From assembly GCA_003142255.1 (NCBI GenBank), contig PLLO01000019.1, forward strand, positions 16,971 through 80,970: DNA of 64,000 nt, written 5' to 3'. This DNA comes from Bacteroidales bacterium (GTDB taxonomy: Bacteria > Bacteroidota > Bacteroidia > Bacteroidales > VadinHA17). Shown piece after piece: positions 32,101 through 42,082 of the stretch. Each line of letters begins with the position of its first letter. The first letter of the stretch is position 1. The translations under genes and the position numbers were made by a program. Under the pieces are notes generated by a model, which ran no database searches, had not been told where the DNA came from, and was given only the letters and a program-made list of their open reading frames with translations.

Positions 32101-33882
32101 TTATCTGGTCCTGATAACAATGTGACAGCGAATGGCTATTTTATCCCTAAAGGTGGTGATAATTCAATCAGTATAAAAACTGAGATAGAATCGCTTTCTA
32201 TGAAAACCGCTGAGGCATTTTCGATGGGGCAAATATCAGAAACATCGGGAACGCTTTCCGGAAATTTATTGATTCAGGGAAAGCCCACGGCACCTGATAT
32301 TACAGGCGAACTGGTTTTCAATGATGCTTTTCTCAAACCGGCTGTGCTGAATAACAGACTAGAATTAAAACATGAAACTCTCCTTTTTAACAATGGAGGA
32401 ATTAATTTTAAATATTTTACCCTTATAGATGCTAATCAGCAAAAGGCAATCATTGATGGCGACATTCAAATGAAACAGTTTAAAGATTTCGTTTTTAATT
32501 TAAATGTCAGTGCGAAAGACTTTCTATTATTAAATACAACAGTTAAGGACAATAAAAGCTTTTTCGGTCGGATGGTCATCGACAGCAAAATTGATGTAAA
32601 AGGACCAATGACACTTCCGGTTGTCAATGGGACATTAGTGATGAAAAAAGGTTCAAACTTTACATTTATAGTTCCCGAAGATAAGCTCACCACCGACAAA
32701 GGAGAAGATGTGATAGAATTTGAAGATTCATTAAAACTTAATCCAATTTTATACAGATCGGGAAAAAAAGCATTACAGAAATCAAGGTTTACAGGATTTG
32801 ACCTCTCCACCATTATTGAAATCGACAAGCTGGCAACGCTACGGTTATTAATGGATCCTTCTTCTACTGATTCATTAGTGGTCCAAGGCGAGGCTGCTTT
32901 AAGTTTTGCAATTGACAGAAGTGGGAAAATGACCCTTACCGGTGCATATAATCTGGATGAAGGCAGCTATCTCGTCACGTTGAGTTCAGTTGTAAAAAGA
33001 AAATTTGATATTATTACAGGAAGCACGATTATCTGGAATGGTGATCCAATGGATGCTCAAATATCAATAAATGCAAAATATACTGTCAGAGCTGTACCTT
33101 ATGATCTTGTAGCTGTTCAGATGTCGAGCCTTAGCGATGCAGAAAAAGGCGGCTATAAGCAACCTTATCCATTTTGGGTATTGCTAAAATTGCGCGGAGC
33201 AATTTTACATCCGGTAATCAGCTTCGAAATACAATTGCCACCTGAGGATAAAGGGATATTAGGTGGTGCCGTGAATCAAAAATTGAACATGTTAAACGAA
33301 GACGCATCAGCCTTAAACAAGCAGGTTTTTGCCTTATTGGTATTAGGCAGGTTTGTTCAGGAAAACCCCTTACAAACTGAATCAGGCGGAACATCTTCAT
33401 TAGTACGTTCAACAGTAGGCAGTTTTTTATCAGCACAATTAAATAAGTTGAGTTCAAAAGTTGTACCTGGTGCTGAATTAAATTTTGATGTTCAATCGTA
33501 TAACGATTATCAAACCGGGGAAGCGAAGGGAAGAACACAAGTGGAAATTGGAATAAAAAAGCAACTTTTTCATGAAAGGTTATCAGTTCAGGTTGGAGGT
33601 AGTGTTGATGTAGAAGGCGAAAGAGCAAAACAAAATTCGGCAAGCGATATAGCCGGTGATGTTACAGTAGAATACAAATTGACAGAAGATGGCAGTTATC
33701 GGCTGAATGCATTCAGACATAACCAATATGAAGGTGCTATTGAAGGTCAATTAGTTGAAAGCGGTACAGGCATTGTATATGTGCGCGATTTCAATAAATG
33801 GAAAGAATTTTTTAAGTCACCAAAAAGGAAACGCGATTTATTGAAAAAAGAACAGAGGAATGAGAACATCTATAATAAATAA
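29119..33882 (+). CDS. tamB: Translocation and assembly module protein TamB (AsmA-like/DUF490 family)
   Basis: 1587 aa with a single N-terminal TM anchor, a long beta-rich repetitive body, and a C-terminal DUF490-like region (...GIKKQLFHERLSVQVGGSVD...YRLNAFRHNQYEG). A BamA/TamA-family OMP follows it. Confidence 0.8.
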   Translation: MNKVPSFIKKTLKAILWVAIVLVLIFVIIASLIQIPGIQNKIIHYATSFVSNKTHTRVEIKNISISFPKSVVIEGLFMEDLQKDTLIYIGRAKINIAFKDLLSDKISINNIGLENASLKVIRITADSLFNYNFLLTAFGDKTNQTKVKSPSTSKWTFSANNVKLKNTRFRYEDKYSGINIAAILGNLELKNGSVDLQKENVSLDNFYLSKSEIQYSTVDKVSASDTTIAVPIAATVNNWKVTVKSIGLDDNSLAYQVGNKPEIKNVFDANHLKYNHLTLEATDFFYSSDTTKVSIKRFSAIDQNNFSITKFEADFSMGQHSITAKKMKAKAANSSIVADLAIQYPSLKSLKDSMSFITMNLDMENVSIKSSDVIYFSPKLIRQAFFKDKTNITTISGIVNGRMNNLKGKNLVIKTGARTILKTDFSIIGLPDVETAYFDFPNLKINSGKRDIEMIAGTSIPKSIELPENIDMQIVFKGKIKSFESTMGMSSSFGEVQLFATIDKNENFRSKINISRFDLGSLLKDKAMYGPVTLTAEVNGYGLDKDTIKAKINAEISQIYLNKYSYHNLNIDGNIRGKEFEGKINLNDENAVFDFDGLVNLNQNQESYKFRLNVKGADLQKLNFTKDDIRISFVAAADLKGGAVNKMNGKAGISNLIIASGDKKYTLDSLLFASINEPNRSEFNFTSALIGIKYSGTISPADLSAELNNFINNYFPFSDSSQIKKKSEPSNFNFEIQLHNHPILSEVLLPQLKEFEPGIIQGSFDSQKDELKLNAELKRIVYGTTEIKDFILDVNSNSDALNYNISSSSISNSQIKLDNFLFDGKLADKTIFVNVSSADNKNKKLVIHSQITRHLANYKIALDPKDFYLMNNRWDIAADNYIEFGKEGFLIHHVFINNAVSQINIASVNDKFNDDLNIAVKNFRLDDISRIIEKDTSLVKGSVDGNILFKRVNNTYGIIADAKISNLFVRNIPVGNFSVKADNRTAGKFNIDVNLSGPDNNVTANGYFIPKGGDNSISIKTEIESLSMKTAEAFSMGQISETSGTLSGNLLIQGKPTAPDITGELVFNDAFLKPAVLNNRLELKHETLLFNNGGINFKYFTLIDANQQKAIIDGDIQMKQFKDFVFNLNVSAKDFLLLNTTVKDNKSFFGRMVIDSKIDVKGPMTLPVVNGTLVMKKGSNFTFIVPEDKLTTDKGEDVIEFEDSLKLNPILYRSGKKALQKSRFTGFDLSTIIEIDKLATLRLLMDPSSTDSLVVQGEAALSFAIDRSGKMTLTGAYNLDEGSYLVTLSSVVKRKFDIITGSTIIWNGDPMDAQISINAKYTVRAVPYDLVAVQMSSLSDAEKGGYKQPYPFWVLLKLRGAILHPVISFEIQLPPEDKGILGGAVNQKLNMLNEDASALNKQVFALLVLGRFVQENPLQTESGGTSSLVRSTVGSFLSAQLNKLSSKVVPGAELNFDVQSYNDYQTGEAKGRTQVEIGIKKQLFHERLSVQVGGSVDVEGERAKQNSASDIAGDVTVEYKLTEDGSYRLNAFRHNQYEGAIEGQLVESGTGIVYVRDFNKWKEFFKSPKRKRDLLKKEQRNENIYNK

Positions 33883-36163
33883 ATATTCCTTTATCCTCAT
33901 CTGTCTGCTCCAGGCAGCATGCAGCGGCACAAAGTATTTGCCCAAAGGTGAAAAGCTTTATACCGGTGCACAAATAAAATTTGAAACGACTGATAAAATT
34001 AACAGGCGGGACATTAAAACGATTACCAAAACAGCATTACGTCCGGAACCTAATAAAAGCTATCTGGGCATACGCCCAAAGCTATGGCTGTATATGACAG
34101 CAGGAGAAGATCCAAAATCGAAATTCGGGAAGTGGCTTAAAAAAAGAGGAGAAGCTCCGGTATTGATCAGTAGTGTCAAGCCGGGAGTTACGACTGCCAT
34201 CATTGATGCTAAGTTGTTCAACATCGGAATTTTCAAAAGTTATTCTGAATCCAAAATTGTGGAAAAGAATCATACTGCCAAAGTAATTTATACGAGTCAT
34301 ATTCATAAACCCTATACTGTAAAAGACCTGATATATGCTATTTCAGATGATAGTTTAAGTAGTACTATTCTTACAGAAAAGAAAAAATCACTCATTAAAC
34401 CAGGTGAAGATTATAATCTCGATATTTTAAAAAATGAAAGGATACGAATCGATGCTTTATTAAAAAACAATGGTTACTTCTACTTTAATCCTGATTATTT
34501 ACTTTTTAAAGTTGATACTTCAGCTGTGGACCGTACCATATCTTTGAAACTAACCTTAAAAGATAGCATACCGAAAAATGCCTTAACTGTTTACCATATC
34601 AACAATGTATATATTGATGAGGATTATTCACTAAATGAGGGAGATACTGCCATAACTAAAGACACAATAAGATATCAGAATTATGTGTTTCTTGGCAAAG
34701 AATCAGAGATGAAAATCAGGCCAACAGTAATTTTAAGGTCGGTTTATTTAAAGAAAAATGAAATCTATTCAAGACAAAATCATAACATCACCCTTAACCG
34801 TTTGATGTCGATGGGTAATTTCAAATTTGTCCAGGTGAAATTTTCCGATAGCGATACAACCGCTGCAGGATTTTTAGATGTGACCATTTTAATGACAACC
34901 ACGACAAATCGCTCATTCAGGGCGGAAATAGATATTGTCTCAAAATCAAATAATTTTACAGGGCCAAAAATGAATTTAAGCATTCTGAATAGAAATACTT
35001 TTAAAGGGGCTGAACTGTTAAATCTAAATATGGCCGGATCATTTGAGGCACAATTTAGTGGAAATAATAAGAATTTATATTCTTACTCATGGAATCCACA
35101 GATAGAGTTGACTTTCCCACGCTTTCTTGTTCCATTTAATATAAAGAAGACGAGCAGTATCTATATTCCAAAAACCTCTTTATTGCTCTCTTATAGCTAT
35201 ATGAAAAGAGTTGACTATTTTGATATGCGCACTTTCCAGTTCATTTATGGTTTCAGGTGGAGAGAAAATATCAGAAAAGAACATGAATTAAATCCCATAA
35301 ATGTTAGTTATACCTCTATTACGAATCAATCAGCCGCATTCACAGAATTATTAGCTTCCAACCCTTTTCTGAAGAAAAGCTATGAAGAACTGTTCATTGC
35401 AGGCGGGAATTATTCGTTTACTTATAATGAACAAACAGAACCGCTGAAGAAAATACAATTCTTTTTACTTGCGACAGCAGAGACTGCTGGAAATGTATTT
35501 TCATTGGCAAAATTAATAGGCGGGGAAAAACCATCATCAGAAAACCCCTCTAAGGTAATAGGTTCTATCTATTCGCAGTATGTAAAATTAAGTATAGATG
35601 CCCGTGGCTATTATAATTTTAAAGATAATAACAGACTGGTAATGCGGTTTTTTGCTGGTGTTGGCAAGCCATTCGGAAATTCTTCTGTTTTGCCTTACAC
35701 CAGGCAGTTTTTTAGTGGTGGACCTAACAGCCTTCGTGGTTTTCAAATTAATTCTGTTGGTCCCGGCACCTATTATCAGAATGTCGATAACAGAGGTTTT
35801 CTGCAATTAGGAGGTGATATAAAACTTGAAGTGAACGGAGAATATCGCTTTAATATTTATCGTTTTATTAAAGGTGCAATGTTTGCAGATGCCGGAAATG
35901 TCTGGTTGGAAAAATCAAATCCTGCAAATATCGGAAGCCCATTTTTGTTTTCCGGATTCATGAATGAGGTCGCAGTAGGGACTGGTGTCGGTGTAAGAAT
36001 TGATGTCTCCTTTTTTATTTTACGATTCGACCTTGCCATGCCATTAAGAAAACCCTGGCTGGAAGAAAATCACAGGTGGGTAACTGATCAGATAAACTTT
36101 GCTAATTCTTCATGGAGAAGAGAGAACCTGGTGTTGAATGTCGCAATAGGCTATCCTTTTTAA
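33860..36163 (+). CDS. BamA/TamA-family outer membrane protein, probable lipoprotein form (TamL-type)
   Basis: 767 aa. The N-terminus ILICLLQAACSG looks like a lipobox. The C-terminal Omp85 barrel reads FFSGGPNSLRGF...GDIKLEVNGEYRF...FADAGNVW. It overlaps tamB by 23 nt. Confidence 0.8.
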   Translation: MRTSIINKYSFILICLLQAACSGTKYLPKGEKLYTGAQIKFETTDKINRRDIKTITKTALRPEPNKSYLGIRPKLWLYMTAGEDPKSKFGKWLKKRGEAPVLISSVKPGVTTAIIDAKLFNIGIFKSYSESKIVEKNHTAKVIYTSHIHKPYTVKDLIYAISDDSLSSTILTEKKKSLIKPGEDYNLDILKNERIRIDALLKNNGYFYFNPDYLLFKVDTSAVDRTISLKLTLKDSIPKNALTVYHINNVYIDEDYSLNEGDTAITKDTIRYQNYVFLGKESEMKIRPTVILRSVYLKKNEIYSRQNHNITLNRLMSMGNFKFVQVKFSDSDTTAAGFLDVTILMTTTTNRSFRAEIDIVSKSNNFTGPKMNLSILNRNTFKGAELLNLNMAGSFEAQFSGNNKNLYSYSWNPQIELTFPRFLVPFNIKKTSSIYIPKTSLLLSYSYMKRVDYFDMRTFQFIYGFRWRENIRKEHELNPINVSYTSITNQSAAFTELLASNPFLKKSYEELFIAGGNYSFTYNEQTEPLKKIQFFLLATAETAGNVFSLAKLIGGEKPSSENPSKVIGSIYSQYVKLSIDARGYYNFKDNNRLVMRFFAGVGKPFGNSSVLPYTRQFFSGGPNSLRGFQINSVGPGTYYQNVDNRGFLQLGGDIKLEVNGEYRFNIYRFIKGAMFADAGNVWLEKSNPANIGSPFLFSGFMNEVAVGTGVGVRIDVSFFILRFDLAMPLRKPWLEENHRWVTDQINFANSSWRRENLVLNVAIGYPF

Positions 36164-36196
36164 ACGACTATAGTTTCATCCACGTATGGAATTATA

Positions 36197-37642
36197 TTAT
36201 TGAGCAGGTTTTAATTTCCCGGTTATTTTAAATGTGTTAAATGAATGTGGCTGGAGCTGAACAGTCATTTGTTTCCTGCCGATCTGTAAATTGGTAATCC
36301 TGGCTTCTTCATCCTTATTTTCAATAATTATTACCAGACTTTTATCGGGGTTGACAAAAGCCAGCAATTCTGCATTATTCCCTGAAGTCTTTAACTTTCT
36401 TGCCCCTGGTTGTACAAAATAGCTGAAATGCTTTAACAAATAAAACTCAGGATTATAGGTTATCTCTTTAGTTTTGCTATTTACCGTTATCATTGAATTC
36501 TGTTTCCAGCCCCACATGCTTTTACCCGATTCATCAAGGATGCTATTCCAGAATGAATATACACTTATGCCATTTTCAAAATAAAACTTCATCAATGAAA
36601 ATGTATATTCAGCAGCTTTCCAGTCATTGGAACCGTTTCCGCATTCGGTTTCCGACTGCATGAGCTTCATATCTGAATATTTATTATGAACTCCGGCTAT
36701 TGCCTGTTTGCCTGCCCATTGAAAGCTGATTCCATTTATATACTTTGACGATAAGGGATCCTGCATTATCGTATCAATTTTCTCGACAGACGGTCTCTCG
36801 TAGGTCCCATACCAGATCTGGACGCCTGGAACTGTTGAATTTATTGCCGGACCAAGATATTTTCCAATAAAAATCCCTAAGTCTTTAGCAGCCCAGATAC
36901 AGGAAGGAAAGTTCTGGCATGAATTCATTTCGTTTTGTACATGAATCCCCATAATATTGATCCCTTCGTTCCGGTATGCCTGAATATATCTGACAAAATA
37001 CTTTGCATACGAATTCAGATAATCAGGTTCCATTCGAAACTGTGTCACATTCTCGTTCCCTCTCAGTTCGGTTGCAAGACCATTTGTCGCAGATGGACTG
37101 CACGCGTAATGGTTATTTGTTTTCATCCAGGAGGGAGGTGTCCATGGTGAGCCCCAGATCCTGAGATCAGGACGATATTTCATTGCTTCTTTGATATAAG
37201 GGATTAACATCTCCTTATCCCTGGCAATACTGAAATATTTCATTTCAAAATCACCAACTGAATCATTCAATGAGTAATAATCACGTGCATAATCATTAGC
37301 TCCAATTGGCATTCTGCAAATATTGAGCTTCAGACCAACTTCCGGATCAAACAGGCTTTTTATAATATTATTACGACTATTGACATCAAGCACTGATAAA
37401 GCTGTCCATCCTAATTCATTAAAGCAAGCTCCAAAACCATCAACTATCTGTTCTTTCTGGTCAAGCAAAATTGTCGCATCAATTTTATTATCAGACAATT
37501 CAGTGAGCTTAGCATGGCTTTCTACCCATTGCTTAATATTCGTGGTTTCAATCCACTTGATCTGTGAAATGGCAGGATAAGGGGCTACAATCAACAATGC
37601 AATGATCATTGCATTGCTTAACCGTTGATGATTGCTTTTCAC
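36197..37642 (-). CDS. Glycoside hydrolase family 30 (glucosylceramidase/beta-1,6-glucanase-like), secreted
   Basis: 481 aa with a signal peptide. GFGACFNELGW, RMPIGANDYA, IWGSPWTPPSWMKTN and MGIHVQNE are GH30 hallmarks. Confidence 0.8.
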   Translation of the reverse strand: MKSNHQRLSNAMIIALLIVAPYPAISQIKWIETTNIKQWVESHAKLTELSDNKIDATILLDQKEQIVDGFGACFNELGWTALSVLDVNSRNNIIKSLFDPEVGLKLNICRMPIGANDYARDYYSLNDSVGDFEMKYFSIARDKEMLIPYIKEAMKYRPDLRIWGSPWTPPSWMKTNNHYACSPSATNGLATELRGNENVTQFRMEPDYLNSYAKYFVRYIQAYRNEGINIMGIHVQNEMNSCQNFPSCIWAAKDLGIFIGKYLGPAINSTVPGVQIWYGTYERPSVEKIDTIMQDPLSSKYINGISFQWAGKQAIAGVHNKYSDMKLMQSETECGNGSNDWKAAEYTFSLMKFYFENGISVYSFWNSILDESGKSMWGWKQNSMITVNSKTKEITYNPEFYLLKHFSYFVQPGARKLKTSGNNAELLAFVNPDKSLVIIIENKDEEARITNLQIGRKQMTVQLQPHSFNTFKITGKLKPAQ

Positions 37643-37712
37643 TTTTTCTGATTTAAATTAATTTATTACAGAATTTTATAACCTGACCGGAAAAGCCAGC
37701 TGCCTTGACCAT

Positions 37713-40151
37713 CTATCCCAGGATAACTTTCACTTTATGTTCTTTCCCATCTCCAAATACAGGTATCAGATTCGATTTATATGGCATGTCATCAATTGTT
37801 ATTTTTTTAACCCCTTTGGATTTGCCATTAGGGTTTACAACTTCAATCTGGTAAGTAGCACCCCTGAATTTACGGGTTACCTTAAAACCTTTCCAGCTGG
37901 TGGGAATACAAGGGTCAATTAATAGCCCGTCGAAATCAGGACGAATTCCTAGTATATATTGAGTTATAGCATAGAAATTCCACGATGCAGTACCTGTCAG
38001 CCAGGAGTTTTTAGCTTCACCAGGTTTAAAAGCATCTTTCCCGGCAATCATCTGTGCATATACATAGGGTTCCGTTTTATGTAAATCACTTATCTCTTCA
38101 AGGTATGAAGGACATATTTTCCGGTAATACTCCCAGGCTCGGTCACCATTCCCGACAACTGTTTCGCCGATCATGATCCATGGATTATTGTGGCAGAAGA
38201 CTCCTGCATTTTCCTTGTAACCTGCAGGATATGATGATATTTCGCCATACTCGATATAATATTTCGTGAAGGCAGGGTAATTTAATACAATGCCATGCTG
38301 ACAATCAAGCCTTTCTTTTACTGCATTAAGTGCTTTTGTACAAAGGCCTTCCTCCTGGCCTATTCCAGCCATGGTGCACATCCCCTGTGATTCAATAAAT
38401 ATTTTACCTTCTTCATTTTCATGACTTCCTACTTTACGGCCATAATAATCATAAGCGCGAATAAACCATTCTCCATCCCAGCCATGCTTCCTGATAGCAG
38501 CAACCATAGCTTCAACGTGCTTTTGGGCACGGTCAGCCTCTGCGTTTTTACCTGATTTTATGCATAGATCAATATAATCGCGGCCATAGACCACAAACAG
38601 TCCGGCTATCATGACAGATTCAGCTTTAGAACCTTCAGTTTTATTTTCAGTGGTCTGGAATGACTCATCAGGATCATTTGAGAAGCAGTTCAGGTTCAGA
38701 CAATCGTTCCAGTCAGCACGGCCAATAAGAGGAAGACCATGCGGCCCGAGATTATTTATGACATGATCGAATGAAACAGTCAGGTGATCAAATAATGTTC
38801 GGGCAACTGAAGGATCATTGTCAAAAGGGACTATTTCATCGAGAATATTAAAGTCGCCCGTTTCCTTTATATATCCTGCTGTTCCGAAGATCAGCCACAT
38901 TGGATCGTCATTAAATCCGCCTCCAATATCGTTATTGCCCCTCTTTGTCATAGGCTGATACTGATGGTAGCAGCCTCCGTCGGGAAACTGGGTTGAAGCT
39001 ATATCAATAATCCTCTCGCGTGCACGTTCTGGGATCTGGTGAACGAATCCTATAAGGTCCTGATTGGAGTCACGGAAGCCCATTCCACGACCTATTCCTG
39101 ATTCAAAAAATGAAGCCGAACGGGAGAAGCAAAAGGTAATCATGCATTGGTACTGATTCCAGATATTTACCATACGATCCAGTTTGTCATCGCCTGAGTC
39201 TACGGTGTAAATGCTCAGCAAATTATCCCAGTATTTTCGCAGATCATCAAGGGCAGCATCAACTTTAGCTGAAGTATTGAACTTTGCTATTGTATCTTTT
39301 GCCTTTTTCTTGTTGATGATATTTTTTGATTCCCATTTTTCATCAGCATTATTTTCTACATAGCCTAAAACGAATATGAAATCTTTTGATTCGCCGGGTT
39401 TCAGCTCTGCTTCAATATAATGTGAAGCAATCGGAGACCAGCCATGAGCTTCGGAATTATGAGATTTGCCTTCAGCGACCACCTGGGGTTCATCAAAGCC
39501 ATTATACAGGCCAAAGAAGGACTCACGGTCAGTATCAAATCCATGAACAGGCACATTTACTGAGTAATAGGCATAATGATCACGCCTTTCCTTGTACTCG
39601 GTTTTATGATAGATCACTGAACCCTGGATTTCCACCTCCCCGGTAGAAAAATTCCTCTGGAAGTTTTCCATATCACTGGCAGCATTCCAGAGACACCATT
39701 CGACGAATGAAAATACTTTTAACTTTTTTACCTCTCCGGAATTATTGGTAAGGGTAAGCTTTTGCACCTCGGCCCAGGTTTTCAGAGGTACAAAATAAAG
39801 GACACTGGCTGAAACATTGTTTTTTTCACCTTTGATTACTGTATAGTTCATCCCATGGCGGCATTCATAGCTGTCAAGCTCAGTCTTGCAGGGCTTCCAT
39901 CCCGGCGACCAGATATTGTTACCGTCTTTAATATAAAAGTATTTCCCCCCGCTGTCCATCGGGACATTATTATACCTGTAGCGAGTGATCCGGCGGAATT
40001 TCGCATCCTTGTAAAAAGAATAACCACCGGCAGAATTTGAAATGAGTGAGAAAAAGTCTTCACTTCCAAGATAATTGATCCAGGGCCAGGGAGTACGAGG
40101 GTTTGTGATTACATATTCCCGGTTTTTATCATCAAAGTGACCGTATTTCAT
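37713..40151 (-). CDS. GH94 disaccharide phosphorylase (cellobiose/chitobiose/laminaribiose phosphorylase family)
   Basis: 812 aa. The N-terminus [29 protein letters not shown] is the canonical cellobiose-phosphorylase start. There is no signal peptide. Length fits the ~810-820 aa family. Confidence 0.85.
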   Translation of the reverse strand: MKYGHFDDKNREYVITNPRTPWPWINYLGSEDFFSLISNSAGGYSFYKDAKFRRITRYRYNNVPMDSGGKYFYIKDGNNIWSPGWKPCKTELDSYECRHGMNYTVIKGEKNNVSASVLYFVPLKTWAEVQKLTLTNNSGEVKKLKVFSFVEWCLWNAASDMENFQRNFSTGEVEIQGSVIYHKTEYKERRDHYAYYSVNVPVHGFDTDRESFFGLYNGFDEPQVVAEGKSHNSEAHGWSPIASHYIEAELKPGESKDFIFVLGYVENNADEKWESKNIINKKKAKDTIAKFNTSAKVDAALDDLRKYWDNLLSIYTVDSGDDKLDRMVNIWNQYQCMITFCFSRSASFFESGIGRGMGFRDSNQDLIGFVHQIPERARERIIDIASTQFPDGGCYHQYQPMTKRGNNDIGGGFNDDPMWLIFGTAGYIKETGDFNILDEIVPFDNDPSVARTLFDHLTVSFDHVINNLGPHGLPLIGRADWNDCLNLNCFSNDPDESFQTTENKTEGSKAESVMIAGLFVVYGRDYIDLCIKSGKNAEADRAQKHVEAMVAAIRKHGWDGEWFIRAYDYYGRKVGSHENEEGKIFIESQGMCTMAGIGQEEGLCTKALNAVKERLDCQHGIVLNYPAFTKYYIEYGEISSYPAGYKENAGVFCHNNPWIMIGETVVGNGDRAWEYYRKICPSYLEEISDLHKTEPYVYAQMIAGKDAFKPGEAKNSWLTGTASWNFYAITQYILGIRPDFDGLLIDPCIPTSWKGFKVTRKFRGATYQIEVVNPNGKSKGVKKITIDDMPYKSNLIPVFGDGKEHKVKVILG

Positions 40152-40178
40152 ATTTCTTGAATTTAAATTATTTGGCGA

Positions 40179-41858
40179 CTATTGCTGACTTGGTTGAGTT
40201 TTGGCTCTTCTGTTGTTCAACTCAATTGTAATTTCATCCATTTTCTTCTGGTTTAACGGATATAGTGTCATCACAGCGGCTCCAATCAGGGCAATAATTG
40301 TCGGTACCCAGCTCATCAGCATTATGATGCCGGGGACTGCGCCTTGAATGGCAAAAGTATCTTGTCCATTGTAATTAAATGCTGCCAGCACAAATCCGAT
40401 AATTGCACCAGCCAGGCCTCCTCCAAATTTGGTTGCAAAAGAACCGGCAGAGTAAACGAGTCCGGTGGCTCTTCGTCCATTCTTGAATTCTGAGTAATCG
40501 GCAGCATCACCAAGCATGGCAAAAAAAAGTGTTGGCATCATTGCAGCACCAAACTCTGAAATGATACCGATTGTAAAAATGCCAGTTAAATTATTCGGAC
40601 CGCAAAAAATAAGTAATGCATTTACAACACCGGAAAAAATCAGGGCGTAAATGAACAGGTTACGTTTGCCAAAGCGTTTGCCCAGGGGAGATGTTATCAT
40701 AGCACCTGCGATTGAAGCCAGCATTAATCCGACCATATATGTAGCAGCCAGCATCTGATGGTGCAGGTAATGGGTAAAATAGATTACCACAATACCTTGT
40801 TTGATCGAATTGTAGACGTTGAACAGCAAGCCCATGACAAGCAGGATTATCCAGGGCTTGTTCCTGATGAGATCTTTCAGGTCCCTGCCCAAATTGGTTT
40901 TTTGTTCTTTTGGGGGCTGCACTCTTTCCTTTGTGGTAGCGAAAGTTACCATCAGGAACAGAGATAAAAAGAAAGATAAAAGATAAATGGAATGGCTGTA
41001 GCCTCTTTTCTGGTCAATTATGGTAACGTTTTTGGCCACGAGGTTTTCTTCACCGGATAGGATGAAAGAGTATTTTTTTTGCGCTTCCATTGAGAAGCTT
41101 TTACCCTTTGTGGGAACATTTAAACTGTCGGCCATTCCGGAATTTGCCCAGGTAAACATGGCTATTCCATCTTTGGTTTTGATGTTTACATTTTTAACAT
41201 CCTGGCCGGTCGATACCGTCACCTCATATTTTTTTGAGTCAAGCTTATTGACGTCAACGGACGGATTGATATTGCCAAAGTGCAGGACTAAGAACAATAA
41301 AGCTCCCTGAACCACCATGCCACCTGTAAATGCACCAACCATACGATACGAGCCTAGACTTGTTCGTTCTTTGTCGTCGCCGGTCATAACAGCCATTAAT
41401 GCTCCGTATGGGATATTATTCGCTGTGTAAATAATGAAAAATGTCAGATAGGTTACATAGGCATAAATTATTTTCCCTGTCGGACCCAGGTTTGGGGTTG
41501 TGAACAACAGCGATAAGGTTATTCCTAAAGGAATGGCTGTCCACAATATCCAGGGACGGAATTTGCCATATTTGGAATTTGTCCTGTCGCAGATAATACC
41601 CATTATGATATCAATAATTCCATCGCTGAATCGGGCAATTAGCATAAGTAATCCCACGGCGGCAGGATTTATTCCGAAAACGTCAGTGTAAAAAATAAAT
41701 AAGAAAGTAGCCACTCCGCGCCAGGCTATATTTGCTGCCCCGTCTCCGAGTGCATACCCGATTTTTTCTTTTAAGGCCAATTTTTCCAAGGTGTCCGGTT
41801 TTAAAATTTCTAAAATGATAATAGTCTTTTCATCCAAAAGCCTGGCTTCTTCAGGCAC
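40179..41858 (-). CDS. MFS transporter, glycoside-pentoside-hexuronide (GPH) cation symporter family, with ~95-aa insertion between TM5 and TM6
   Basis: LKEKIGYALGDGAANIAW is a GPH-type N-terminus, and there are 12 TM-like segments. The track start is non-ATG. A TTG near 41789 (LEKLALKEK...) is a plausible true start. Confidence 0.8.
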   Translation of the reverse strand: MPEEARLLDEKTIIILEILKPDTLEKLALKEKIGYALGDGAANIAWRGVATFLFIFYTDVFGINPAAVGLLMLIARFSDGIIDIIMGIICDRTNSKYGKFRPWILWTAIPLGITLSLLFTTPNLGPTGKIIYAYVTYLTFFIIYTANNIPYGALMAVMTGDDKERTSLGSYRMVGAFTGGMVVQGALLFLVLHFGNINPSVDVNKLDSKKYEVTVSTGQDVKNVNIKTKDGIAMFTWANSGMADSLNVPTKGKSFSMEAQKKYSFILSGEENLVAKNVTIIDQKRGYSHSIYLLSFFLSLFLMVTFATTKERVQPPKEQKTNLGRDLKDLIRNKPWIILLVMGLLFNVYNSIKQGIVVIYFTHYLHHQMLAATYMVGLMLASIAGAMITSPLGKRFGKRNLFIYALIFSGVVNALLIFCGPNNLTGIFTIGIISEFGAAMMPTLFFAMLGDAADYSEFKNGRRATGLVYSAGSFATKFGGGLAGAIIGFVLAAFNYNGQDTFAIQGAVPGIIMLMSWVPTIIALIGAAVMTLYPLNQKKMDEITIELNNRRAKTQPSQQ

Positions 41859-42082
41859 TCTTGCTCAACTCAAATATAAAGAAAATTCCAGTTTCAAGAG
41901 TAAAATTAAATTCCTGATTTATAGGCATGTGAATATTGAAGTGTAATTTATTTTAATGTCAAATAGATACAGTTAAATTTATTTGACAAATATCTGAATA
42001 TGTTCCTTTGTGTTATATTTAAAAGTTTTTTAGATTTTAAGACTATTTAGTAAATCTATTCAAAACAAGATTCTAATAAGTT

